Assembly: GCA_963826115.1 (NCBI GenBank) | Contig: CAWGVS010000005.1 | Coordinates: 704,001-768,000 of the forward strand | Source: an uncultured Candidatus Rokubacteria bacterium | GTDB taxonomy: Bacteria; Methylomirabilota; Methylomirabilia; Rokubacteriales; DASRDR01 | Length of the DNA: 64,000 bases | Reading direction: 5' to 3' | Shown here: piece after piece, positions 19,750 through 28,590 of the stretch | How positions within the stretch are numbered: the first letter of the stretch is position 1 | Layout of the letters: every line of letters starts with the position of its first letter | Notes under the pieces: generated by a model | The model's database searches: none | Told to the model about the DNA's origin: nothing | Seen by the model: the letters and a program-made list of their open reading frames with translations, nothing else | Translations under genes and position numbers: made by a program

Positions 19750-20499
19750 ATGCCTCCGGTCCGGCTCCACAAGCTCCTGGCCGAAGCAGGCGTCGCGTCG
19801 CGGCGGGCCGCGGAGCGGCTCATTGCGGCGGGCCGCGTGAAGGTCAACGGCCTGCCGGTGGTGGAGGCGGGCGCCCACGCCGATCCCGATCAGGACGCGA
19901 TCGAGGTCGACGGCCGGCCGCTTCCGCGGGCGGAGCCCAAGCGCTACGTCCTCCTCCACAAGCCTCGCGGATACCTCACCACGCGCGAGGACCCCCGCGG
20001 CCGGCCCCGCGTGTTCGACCTGGTCCCGGAGCCGGGCGTCCGCCTCCACTCGGTCGGCCGGCTCGACTTCGACGCGGAGGGGCTCCTCCTCCTGACCAAC
20101 GACGGCACGCTGACGTTCCACCTCACGCACCCCAGCCACGGCGTCCGGCGCGTCTACCACGTCCTGGTCGAGGGGCGCCTCGAGCCGGACACGCTCCGAG
20201 CGCTGGAGCACGGGGTCGTGCTGGAGGACGGGCCGGCGCGCGTCGACCGGGCGCGGCGGCTCCGGGACGGCGGAAGCGGCCTCCGCTGGATCGAGCTCGC
20301 CCTGTCCGAGGGGCGCTACCGGGAGGTCAAGCGGCTCTGCCGCGCGGTGGGCCTGGTCGTGCACCGCCTCCGCCGCGTCGCCTTCGGCCCGCTCGAGCTG
20401 GGAGAGCTCCCGCTGGGGCAGTGGAGGGAGCTGACGCGCGCCGAGGTGGAGCGCCTGGCGCGGTCCGGCTCCGGGCCGGCCGGGCGGCCGCAGGGCTAG
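19750..20499 (+). CDS. rluB: rRNA pseudouridine synthase, RsuA/RluB family
   Basis: S4 domain RLHKLLAEAGVASRR, GRLDFDAEGLLLLTNDG. Confidence 0.88.
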   Translation: MPPVRLHKLLAEAGVASRRAAERLIAAGRVKVNGLPVVEAGAHADPDQDAIEVDGRPLPRAEPKRYVLLHKPRGYLTTREDPRGRPRVFDLVPEPGVRLHSVGRLDFDAEGLLLLTNDGTLTFHLTHPSHGVRRVYHVLVEGRLEPDTLRALEHGVVLEDGPARVDRARRLRDGGSGLRWIELALSEGRYREVKRLCRAVGLVVHRLRRVAFGPLELGELPLGQWRELTRAEVERLARSGSGPAGRPQG

Positions 20500-20555
20500 G
20501 GGCCCGGAGCCGGCCCCGGGAGGGCCCGCGAGGGCTGTCCCCGCAGGGGGCTTGC

Positions 20556-20584
20556 TTGCGCCCCGGCCACCGCTGCCATATACT
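20556..20584 (+). promoter_or_regulatory. Putative sigma70 promoter of the pheA operon
   Basis: TTGCGC-N17-TATACT. Confidence 0.6.
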
Positions 20585-20620
20585 ATGCGGGCTTTTCTAC
20601 GCCCCCCTCCTGGAGATCTG

Positions 20621-21685
20621 ATGGGTTTGGACGAATGGCGAACAAAGATCGATGAGATCGACCGCCAGCTCCTCCGGTTACTCAACCAGCGCGCCGAGCT
20701 ATCCCTCGAGATCGGCCGGGTCAAGCGCCAGTCCGGGGAGCCGATCCACGTTCCCGAGCGCGAGCAGGGGATCCTCGACGAGCTCGTTCGCCTGAATCCC
20801 GGACCGCTGCCGCCGGGAGCCATCCGCTCGGTCTGGTCCGAGGTCCTGTCCGCATCGCGATCCCTCCAGCGGCCGTTCCGCGCGGCCTACCTCGGCCCCC
20901 AGGGGACCTACACCCACATGGCGGCGCTCCGTCACTTCGGATCGAGCGCGGAGCTGGTCCCGGCGCGCGGCATTCCCGACGTGTTCGAGGAAGTGGAGCG
21001 CGAGCGGGCCGACGTCGGGATCGTGCCCATCGAGAACTCGAGCGAGGGCGTGGTGAACCACACGCTCGACGGGCTGATCGATTCCGAGCTCCTGGTCTCC
21101 GGGGAAGCGTCGCTCGAGATCCACCACCAGCTCCTCTCGCGGGCCGCCGACCTCGGCGACGTGAAGCGCGTGTTCTCCCACCCCCAGGCGCTCGGCCAGT
21201 GCCGCGGCTGGCTCGCCCGGCACCTGCCGGACGCCGAGATCGTGGAGACCGCGTCGACGTCGATCGCGGCCGAGCAGGCGGCGCTCGACGCCGCCACGGC
21301 AGCGGTGGCGAGCGAGCTCGCCGGCCAGCTCTACCGGGTGCCGACGCTCCGCGAGCGCATCGAGGACTACGCCAACAACGTGACTCGGTTCGTCGTGATC
21401 GGCCGGCGACCCGCGGGGCGGACGGGACGCGACAAGACCTCGATTCTCTTCTCGATCCAGGACGAGGTCGGGACGCTCCACCGGATCCTGGAGCCGTTCG
21501 CGAGCGCGCGCCTGAGCCTGACCAAGATCGAGTCGCGGCCGACGCGGCGGCGGCCGTGGGAGTACGTCTTCTTCGTCGACTTCGAGGGCCACCGGGACGA
21601 TCCGGTCACGCAGGGCGTGCTGGCGGCGGTCCGGGAGCGCTGCCTCTTCCTCAAGGTGCTGGGCTCCTACCCGGTGCTGAAGTGA
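20621..21685 (+). CDS. pheA: Chorismate mutase/prephenate dehydratase
   Basis: RTKIDEID (CM), YLGPQGTY, PIENSSEG, NVTRF, TKIESRP, LGSYP. Confidence 0.96.
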   Translation: MGLDEWRTKIDEIDRQLLRLLNQRAELSLEIGRVKRQSGEPIHVPEREQGILDELVRLNPGPLPPGAIRSVWSEVLSASRSLQRPFRAAYLGPQGTYTHMAALRHFGSSAELVPARGIPDVFEEVERERADVGIVPIENSSEGVVNHTLDGLIDSELLVSGEASLEIHHQLLSRAADLGDVKRVFSHPQALGQCRGWLARHLPDAEIVETASTSIAAEQAALDAATAAVASELAGQLYRVPTLRERIEDYANNVTRFVVIGRRPAGRTGRDKTSILFSIQDEVGTLHRILEPFASARLSLTKIESRPTRRRPWEYVFFVDFEGHRDDPVTQGVLAAVRERCLFLKVLGSYPVLK

Positions 21686-21695
21686 GGCGCCACGC

Positions 21696-21824
21696 TTGAG
21701 CGTCGCCTGCATCGCGTTCGTGAACCGCATCCGTCACCCCTTCAACGTGAACACGCTCGCCCCGGTCGCGGCCCTGGCCGCCCTCGGCGACGAGGCGCTC
21801 GAGAAGGGGGCCACGCGCTCGTGA
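21696..21824 (+). pseudogene. hisC: 42-codon relic of histidinol-phosphate aminotransferase
   Basis: Translates LSVACIAFVNRIRHPFNVNTLAPVAALAALGDEALEKGATRS*; the R.PFNVN.LA..AA.AAL.D segment is typical of HisC; usual position between pheA and tyrA. Confidence 0.75.
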
Positions 21825-22672
21825 GCGCCCCTCGCTGGTCGCGCGTGACGGTGGTGAGCCCGGGCCTCATCGGCGGCTCGGTGGCCCGCGGGCTCCGGAC
21901 GCGCGGCCTGGCCCGGGAGGTGGTCGTCGTCGCCCGGCATGCCGCCGCCGTCCGGGCGGTGCTCGACGCGGGGGCGGCGGACGTGGGGACCACCGACCTC
22001 GTCGCCGGGGTTGCGGGCGCGAGCCTGGTCGTCCTGTGCGCCCCGGTGGGCGCCCTGCCGGGGCAGATCCGCGCCGCCTGGCCACACCTCATGCCGAGCG
22101 CCGTCCTGACCGACGCGGGCAGCGTCAAGCGGAGCGTGGTCGACGCCGCGCGCGCGTGTCCGGCCCGGGCCGGCGTCCACTTCGTGGGCGCGCATCCGAT
22201 GGCCGGCTCCGAGCGCTCGGGCTTCGAGGCCTCGGATGCGGACCTCTTCGACGGACGGGTCGCGCTGGTGACGCCGACCGCCGACACACCGGAGAGTGCC
22301 GTCCAGGCGGTGATCGCTCTCTGGGAGGGGCTCGGCAGCACCGTGCGCCGGCTGTCCCCCGACGTCCACGACCACCTGGTCGCGCAGATCAGCCACCTGC
22401 CGCACCTCGCCGCCTACGCTCTCGTGGCCGGCGCCGAGGCGGATGCCCTCCCGCTCTCCGGCCGGGGTTTCGTGGACACGACGCGCGTCGCGGCCTCGGC
22501 CGAGGCGCTGTGGACGGACATCTTCCGCGAGAATCGCGCGCCGCTCCTCGCCGCCCTCGGCCGGTACGAGGCGATCCTCGGCCGGTGGCGGGAGCTCGTG
22601 GCGACGGGCGACTGGGCGACCCTCGAGGCGGAGCTCGGCCGCGCCCGCGAGGTGCGGGAGAAGCTCTCGTGA
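21821..22672 (+). CDS. tyrA: Prephenate/arogenate dehydrogenase
   Basis: GLIGGS, TDAGSVK, HPMAGSE, SHLPH, DTTRVA. Confidence 0.92.
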   Translation: MSAPRWSRVTVVSPGLIGGSVARGLRTRGLAREVVVVARHAAAVRAVLDAGAADVGTTDLVAGVAGASLVVLCAPVGALPGQIRAAWPHLMPSAVLTDAGSVKRSVVDAARACPARAGVHFVGAHPMAGSERSGFEASDADLFDGRVALVTPTADTPESAVQAVIALWEGLGSTVRRLSPDVHDHLVAQISHLPHLAAYALVAGAEADALPLSGRGFVDTTRVAASAEALWTDIFRENRAPLLAALGRYEAILGRWRELVATGDWATLEAELGRAREVREKLS

Positions 22673-23994
22673 ACGCCGTGGTCCGTCCGGCCCGCCGCAT
22701 CGCCGGCACGGTGACCGTGCCCGGCGACAAGTCCGTCTCGCACCGCGCGGCGCTCCTCGGGGCGCTCGCCGACGGCCTCACGGAGGTGCAGGGGTTCCTC
22801 GAGGGCGAGGATTGCCTCGGGACCCTCCGGGCCGTGGCCGCGCTCGGGGCGGAGGTGGCGCGGAAGGGGCCCGGCCACTTCGTGATCCAGGGGGTCGGGC
22901 TCGACGGGATGACGGAGCCCGGCGACGTCGTCGACTGCGGCAACTCCGGCACCACCGCGCGGCTCCTGGTGGGTGTCCTGGCGGGCCAGCCCTTCGCGAC
23001 GGTCCTCACCGGCGACGAGTCGCTGCGCCGCCGGCCGATGGACCGCGTCATGGAGCCGCTCACCCGGATGGGCGCTCGCGTCGTCGGCCGGCGTGGCGGG
23101 GCCCGACTCCCGCTCGCGATCGCGGGCGCGCGCCCGCTCCGGCCCATCCGTCACGTGTCGCCCGTGGCGAGCGCCCAGGTGAAGTCCGCGGTCCTCCTGG
23201 CCGGGCTGTCCGCGTCCGGCGCCGTGAGCGTGGTCGAGCCGGCCCGGAGCCGCGACCACACGGAGCGCATGCTGACGGCGTTCGGCGGCGAGGTCCACGT
23301 GGACGGCCAGACGGTGACCGTCGTTCCCGGCCGCCGGCTTTCGGGGCACCTCTGCCGGGTGCCGGGCGACATCTCCTCGGCCGCGTTCTTCCTGGTGGCG
23401 GGCGCCGCGGGGCGGGACGCGGACGTGACGGTCCGCGGGGTGGGCGTGAACCCGACGCGCACCGGGGCCCTCGACGTCCTCGAGGCGATGGGGACGCGGG
23501 TCGACGTCGCGCCGCGCGAGGGCCACGGCGAGCCGATCGCCGACCTCCGGGTCCGCTCGGCGGCGCTCCGGGGTGCGGAGGTGGGCGGCGCGCTCGTGCC
23601 GCGGGCGATCGACGAGATGCCGATCCTGGCCGTGGCCGCCGCGTGCGCCGAGGGCCCGACCCTGGTCCGCGACGCGGCCGAGCTCAGGGTGAAGGAGTCG
23701 GACCGCATCCGCGCCCTCGCCTCCGAGCTCGGCAAGATGGGCGTCGCGATCGAGGAGCGGCCCGACGGCTTCCGCGTGCCGGGGCGGACCGCGGGGTCCG
23801 CCGCGCCGTTCCGCGGGGCGCGCGTCTCGAGCTGGGGGGACCACCGTCTCGCGATGGCGCTCGTGGTGGCGGGCCTCATGGCGGACGGGCCGACCGTCGT
23901 CGAGAACATCGACTGTATCGCCACGTCCTACCCGGACTTCGTCGCGACATGCCGCGCGCTGGCCGGCGCGGACGCGGTCGAGGTGGTCGCGTGA
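22669..23994 (+). CDS. aroA: EPSP synthase
   Basis: PGDKSVSHR, GNSGTTAR, ASAQVKS, ELRVKESDR, DHRLAM. Confidence 0.97.
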   Translation: MNAVVRPARRIAGTVTVPGDKSVSHRAALLGALADGLTEVQGFLEGEDCLGTLRAVAALGAEVARKGPGHFVIQGVGLDGMTEPGDVVDCGNSGTTARLLVGVLAGQPFATVLTGDESLRRRPMDRVMEPLTRMGARVVGRRGGARLPLAIAGARPLRPIRHVSPVASAQVKSAVLLAGLSASGAVSVVEPARSRDHTERMLTAFGGEVHVDGQTVTVVPGRRLSGHLCRVPGDISSAAFFLVAGAAGRDADVTVRGVGVNPTRTGALDVLEAMGTRVDVAPREGHGEPIADLRVRSAALRGAEVGGALVPRAIDEMPILAVAAACAEGPTLVRDAAELRVKESDRIRALASELGKMGVAIEERPDGFRVPGRTAGSAAPFRGARVSSWGDHRLAMALVVAGLMADGPTVVENIDCIATSYPDFVATCRALAGADAVEVVA

Positions 23995-24662
23995 CGCTCT
24001 GCGAGCGCGCGGGCGACCGGGGCCGGAGCGTCGTCGTGACGATCGACGGGCCGGCGGGCGCCGGCAAGAGCACCGTGGCCCGCCGGCTGGCCGAGCGGCT
24101 CGGCTTCGCCTACGTCAACAGCGGCGCCATCTACCGGGCGATCGCGTGGCGCGTGTCCCAGGGCGAGCCCGTCGACCGCATCTTGCCGAGCCTCAGCGTG
24201 GATCCGGGCGGCCGCGTCCTCGTCGACGGCCAGGACGTCACCGAGCTCCTCTACATGCCGGCGGTGAGCGAGCGGGCGGCCGCGCTGTCCCAGCGCCCGG
24301 ACGTGCGCGCGTTCGCGGACGGCCTCCAGCGGAAGGCCGCCGCGCGGGGACCGGTGATCGTCGAGGGCCGGGACGCGGGGACGGTGGTCTTCCCGGACGC
24401 CGAGTGCAAGTTCTATCTCGACGCCTCGCACGACGCGCGCGCCCGGCGCCGCTTCGCGGAGCAGCCGGGAGGCGCGGCCGGGAACCTCGAGACGATCCGC
24501 GCCGCCATCGCGGCGCGAGACGACACGGACCGGACGCGGCCCGTCGCCCGGCTCGAGCGGAGCGCGGATGCCACGTACGTCGACTCGAGCGACATGACGG
24601 TGGACGAGGTGGTGGACCTGATGGCGAAGGAGGTCGAGCGGGCTTGCTCTACGCGTGCCTGA
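23991..24662 (+). CDS. cmk: Cytidylate kinase
   Basis: IDGPAGAGKST, SGAIYR, EGRDAGTVVFPDA. Confidence 0.95.
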   Translation: MTLCERAGDRGRSVVVTIDGPAGAGKSTVARRLAERLGFAYVNSGAIYRAIAWRVSQGEPVDRILPSLSVDPGGRVLVDGQDVTELLYMPAVSERAAALSQRPDVRAFADGLQRKAAARGPVIVEGRDAGTVVFPDAECKFYLDASHDARARRRFAEQPGGAAGNLETIRAAIAARDDTDRTRPVARLERSADATYVDSSDMTVDEVVDLMAKEVERACSTRA

Positions 24663-25324
24663 AGCCGACCATCCGCGCCATCGGCCGCGTCTGGTTCCGT
24701 CTCTCGGTGAGCGGCGCGGAGCGGGTTCCGCGGGAGGGCCCGGTGCTCCTGGCCTCGAACCACCTGAGCGTGCTCGATCCGGCGCTGATCGGCTCCGTCA
24801 TGCCGCGCGAGCTCGACTACTTGGCGAAGACCGAGCTGTTCCAGATCCCCGGTTTCGGCGGGCTGATCCGCCGGCTGAATGCCCACCCGGTGGACCGCAC
24901 GGGATCGGATTCGGCCGCCCTGCGCCTGGCGCTCCGGCTGCTCCAGGGGGGGCGCGCGGTCCTGGTGTTCCCGGAGGGGACGCGCGGCACCGAGGGAAAG
25001 CTCCAGGAGGCCCGGGCGGGTACCGGGATGCTGGCGACGCTCTCCGGCGCGCCCGTGGTGCCGGTCTACGTCCAGGGCTCGGGGCGCGCCCTGCCGCGCG
25101 GCGCGGCGATGCCGCGTCCGGTCCGGGTGAGCGTCACGGTCGGCGCGCCGCTCCGGTTCGGCCGAGAGCGCGGGCGCGCGCGGTACCAGGAGATCAGCGA
25201 CGAGATCATGGCGGCGATCGGCCGCCTGAAGGCGGAGACCGAGCGGGGACACACCGCCGTCCCCGAGAGTGCACGTACGGATCGCACGACCCCGGGGCGA
25301 GCCCCGGCCGGTCGAATTCACTAA
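24644..25324 (+). CDS. plsC: 1-acyl-sn-glycerol-3-phosphate acyltransferase
   Basis: NHLSVLDP, FPEGTR; TTG start after AAGGAGG. Confidence 0.9.
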   Translation: MLYACLKPTIRAIGRVWFRLSVSGAERVPREGPVLLASNHLSVLDPALIGSVMPRELDYLAKTELFQIPGFGGLIRRLNAHPVDRTGSDSAALRLALRLLQGGRAVLVFPEGTRGTEGKLQEARAGTGMLATLSGAPVVPVYVQGSGRALPRGAAMPRPVRVSVTVGAPLRFGRERGRARYQEISDEIMAAIGRLKAETERGHTAVPESARTDRTTPGRAPAGRIH

Positions 25325-25341
25325 ACGGAGGAACAACAGGA

Positions 25342-27156
25342 ATGGACCAGTTCACACGGAATCCCGGCGCCCACGCTACGGGGCGGCACGGCGGGGGGGC
25401 CGGGACCGGAGCATCCCCGTGGGAGGTTGGGGAAGGCCCGATGGCGTCGACGAACCGGAGAGTGCTGGCGGCCCGGCCCATCGCGGGTGGCAGCGCTCCC
25501 GAGGCGCAGGACGAGATCGAGGACATGTACCAGCAGAGTCTCCAGGACCTCCAGGAAGGCGAGGTGGTCAAGGGGACCATCATCGGCCTGACGAGCAGCG
25601 AGGTGCTGGTCGACGTCGGCTACAAGAGCGAGGGGACGATCCCGATCGACGAGTTCCACCGGAGCGGCATCACCCCCGAGATGGGCATGGAGATCGAGGT
25701 CTACCTCGAGGCCAAGGAAGACTCCGAGGGCCTCATCGTCCTCTCCAAGGAGAAGGCCGACAAGATCAAGGTCTGGGACGTCATCACGCGCGCCTACGAG
25801 AAGGGCGCGCCGGTCGACGGCAAGGTCGTGGAGGTCGTCAAGGGCGGCCTGGCGGTCGACGTCGGCGTGAAGGCGTTCCTGCCCGGCTCCCAGGTCGACC
25901 TGCGGCCGGTCAAGAACCTCAACTCCATGATCGGCCAGCACATCAAGGCGCGCGTGATCAAGTTCAACCGGCGGCGGGGCAACGTCGTGCTCTCGCGCCG
26001 GGTCGTCCTGGAAGAGGAGCGCGAGGAGAAGCGGAAGCATACGCTGGCGGTCATCCACGAGGGCATGGTCACCAGCGGCGTCGTGAAGAACATCACCGAC
26101 TACGGCGCGTTCATCGACCTGGGCGGCGTCGACGGCCTGCTCCACATCACCGACATGTCCTGGGGCCGCATCAGCCATCCCTCGGAGCTCGTGCAGGTGG
26201 GGGACAAGCTCGACGTGGTCGTCCTTCACTTCGACAAGGAATCCGGGCGCGTCTCCCTCGGACACAAGCAGAAGGGACCCGACCCCTGGGAGTCGGTCGC
26301 CGAGCGCTTCTCGGTCGGCAGCCGCCATCAGGGCAAGGTGGTGAGCCTCACGAACTACGGCGCCTTCATCGAGCTCGATCGCGGCATCGAGGGCCTGGTC
26401 CACGTGTCGGAGATGTCGTGGACCCGGCGCGTTCGCCATCCGTCCAAGCTCGTCAACGTCGGCGACGACGTCGAGGTGATGGTCCTGGCGGTCGACAAGG
26501 GCCAGAAGCGCATCTCGCTCGGCATGAAGCAGGTCGAGTCCGACCCCTGGGACTCGATCGAGGAGCGCTTCCGACCCGGCGTCAAGGTGCAGGGGAAGGT
26601 GCGGAACCTCACCGACTTCGGGGCGTTCGTGGAGCTCGAGCCGGGCATCGACGGCCTCCTCCACATCTCGGACATGACGTGGGCCCGCAACGTCGCGCAC
26701 CCCTCCGAGCTCCTCAAGAAGGGGCAGCCGATCGAGACGGTCATCCTCCACGTCGACAAGGAGAACAAGCGGATCTCGCTGGGCCTGAAGCAGCTCCAGC
26801 GCGACCCGTGGGAGGACGTCACCCGGAAGTTCCCGGTGGGGTCCAACGTCAAGGGGAAGGTCGTGAGGCTCACGGAGTTCGGCGCCTTCGTCGAGCTCGA
26901 GGCGGGCGTCGACGGCCTGCTCCACATCTCCCAGATGTCGGCCCGGCCGGTGGCGGCGCCCCAGGACGTGGTGCAGCTCGGCGACGAGCTGACGGTGAAG
27001 GTGATCCGGATCGAGCCCAACGAACGGCGCATCGGGCTGTCGCTCAGGGATCTCGCGGCCGACATCCCGGTACTGGAGGAAGAGGATCACCGGGGTCGCC
27101 GCGGTCGTGGGAAGCGCGATCGCGACCGGTACGGGGACGGCGACGACGACGAGTAA
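25342..27156 (+). CDS. rpsA: 30S ribosomal protein S1
   Basis: Six S1 repeats (DVGYKSEG, FLPGSQVD, DYGAFIDLGG..); alternative start at 25441. Confidence 0.97.
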   Translation: MDQFTRNPGAHATGRHGGGAGTGASPWEVGEGPMASTNRRVLAARPIAGGSAPEAQDEIEDMYQQSLQDLQEGEVVKGTIIGLTSSEVLVDVGYKSEGTIPIDEFHRSGITPEMGMEIEVYLEAKEDSEGLIVLSKEKADKIKVWDVITRAYEKGAPVDGKVVEVVKGGLAVDVGVKAFLPGSQVDLRPVKNLNSMIGQHIKARVIKFNRRRGNVVLSRRVVLEEEREEKRKHTLAVIHEGMVTSGVVKNITDYGAFIDLGGVDGLLHITDMSWGRISHPSELVQVGDKLDVVVLHFDKESGRVSLGHKQKGPDPWESVAERFSVGSRHQGKVVSLTNYGAFIELDRGIEGLVHVSEMSWTRRVRHPSKLVNVGDDVEVMVLAVDKGQKRISLGMKQVESDPWDSIEERFRPGVKVQGKVRNLTDFGAFVELEPGIDGLLHISDMTWARNVAHPSELLKKGQPIETVILHVDKENKRISLGLKQLQRDPWEDVTRKFPVGSNVKGKVVRLTEFGAFVELEAGVDGLLHISQMSARPVAAPQDVVQLGDELTVKVIRIEPNERRIGLSLRDLAADIPVLEEEDHRGRRGRGKRDRDRYGDGDDDE

Positions 27157-27177
27157 TTCACGGCAGAAGGGATTGCC

Positions 27178-28098
27178 ATGAGTGGACGGCTGGCCAGGGC
27201 GCTCGGCATCACGGTGCTCGTCTTCGCCGGCTGCTTCGCGGTGGTTCTGGGGGCCCTCGTCTTCGGCGAGCCCGGTGTCCCGTCACTCGGCGGGAACCGG
27301 GTCGCGCTCGTCGAGGTCGAGGGCCTGATCGTCGACGCCGACCGGGTGGTGCGCGAGCTCCACGACTACGGCGAGGATCCCTCGATCCGCGCCATCGTCG
27401 TGCGCATCCAGAGCCCGGGCGGCGTGGTGGGACCGACGCAGGAGATCTACGACGCCATCCTGCGCATCCGCAACCAGGGCAAGCCCGTCGTCGCGTCCAT
27501 GGGATCGGTCGCGGCGTCGGGCGGCTACTACCTCGCGGCGGCCGCGACCCGCATCGTCGCGAACCCTGGCACGCTGACGGGCTCGATTGGCGTGATCATG
27601 CAGCTCGCCGAGATCGAGGGGCTCCTCAAGAAGGTCGGGATCCGCTACGAGGTCATCAAGGCCGGGCGCCTCAAGGACAGCGCCTCGTTCGCCCGGCCGA
27701 TGACCCCGGAGGAGCGGGCGGTCCTCCAGGCGGTGCTCGACGACATGCACGACCAGTTCATCACGGCCATTGCCGAGGGACGCCGCCTCGCGAAGGACCG
27801 GGTCCGGACGCTCGCCGACGGGCGGGTGTACTCGGGCCGGATGGCGAAGGACCTCGGTCTGGTCGACGCCCTGGGTGGCTTCGACGAGGCCGTCCGGCTG
27901 GCCGGCGAGCTGGCCGGAATCCCCGGCAAGCCACGCCTCGTGCGGCCCCGCCGCGCCTGGCGCCTGGGGGACCTGGTCGACCTGGCAGGTGGGCAGAGCG
28001 CCGTCACGTGGCTCCGGTCCGTCGGCTGGCCCGGCCAGGCCCTGCCGGCGCTCCCGATCCTCGGGTCGCCGAAGCTCCCGCTCTACCTCCTGGACTGA
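27178..28098 (+). CDS. sppA: Signal peptide peptidase SppA (S49)
   Basis: SPGG, AASGGYY, TGSIGVI, ADGRVYSG. Confidence 0.94.
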   Translation: MSGRLARALGITVLVFAGCFAVVLGALVFGEPGVPSLGGNRVALVEVEGLIVDADRVVRELHDYGEDPSIRAIVVRIQSPGGVVGPTQEIYDAILRIRNQGKPVVASMGSVAASGGYYLAAAATRIVANPGTLTGSIGVIMQLAEIEGLLKKVGIRYEVIKAGRLKDSASFARPMTPEERAVLQAVLDDMHDQFITAIAEGRRLAKDRVRTLADGRVYSGRMAKDLGLVDALGGFDEAVRLAGELAGIPGKPRLVRPRRAWRLGDLVDLAGGQSAVTWLRSVGWPGQALPALPILGSPKLPLYLLD

Positions 28099-28131
28099 CC
28101 GGTTGGGATCCCCGGCCTGGAACCTCGCGGC

Positions 28132-28161
28132 TTGACAGGCGTTTTTGGCGCGTGATAGGTT
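28132..28161 (+). promoter_or_regulatory. Putative sigma70 promoter of ihfB
   Basis: TTGACA-N18-TAGGTT with extended -10 TG. Confidence 0.6.
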
Positions 28162-28200
28162 GACCTCGAACTCCCCGGATCCTCCCGAAGGAGGGCGAGT

Positions 28201-28485
28201 GTGCCGACGATGACGAAGGCCGACCTCGTCGACGAGGTCGCCAAGCTGTCGAACCTGACCAAGAAGGAAACCGAGTTGATCGTCAACACGATCTTCGACA
28301 GCATCTCCTCGGCGCTCGCCCGCGTCGAGAAGGTGGAGCTCCGAGGTTTCGGGAGCTTCAGGGTCCGTCGTCGCAACTCCCGCCGGGGCCGCAATCCGAA
28401 GACGGGCTCGACCGTCAGCGTGCCCGAGAAGCGCGTCCCCTTCTTCAAGGTCGGCAAGCGCCTGAAGGAGCTGGTCAACACGTGA
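28201..28485 (+). CDS. ihfB: Integration host factor beta / HU family
   Basis: MTKADLV, VELRGFGSF, GRNPKTG, PFFKVGK; follows rpsA-sppA. Confidence 0.9.
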   Translation: MPTMTKADLVDEVAKLSNLTKKETELIVNTIFDSISSALARVEKVELRGFGSFRVRRRNSRRGRNPKTGSTVSVPEKRVPFFKVGKRLKELVNT

Positions 28486-28590
28486 AGGCAGAGCCGCGCC
28501 CCCGCCCCGGGCGGTCGCGGCGGGTGGTGAGATCGCGCCGGGCCATGGCCAGCCCCCCGGCGGCCTCCTGATCGACCGGCGCGCGCCCTG

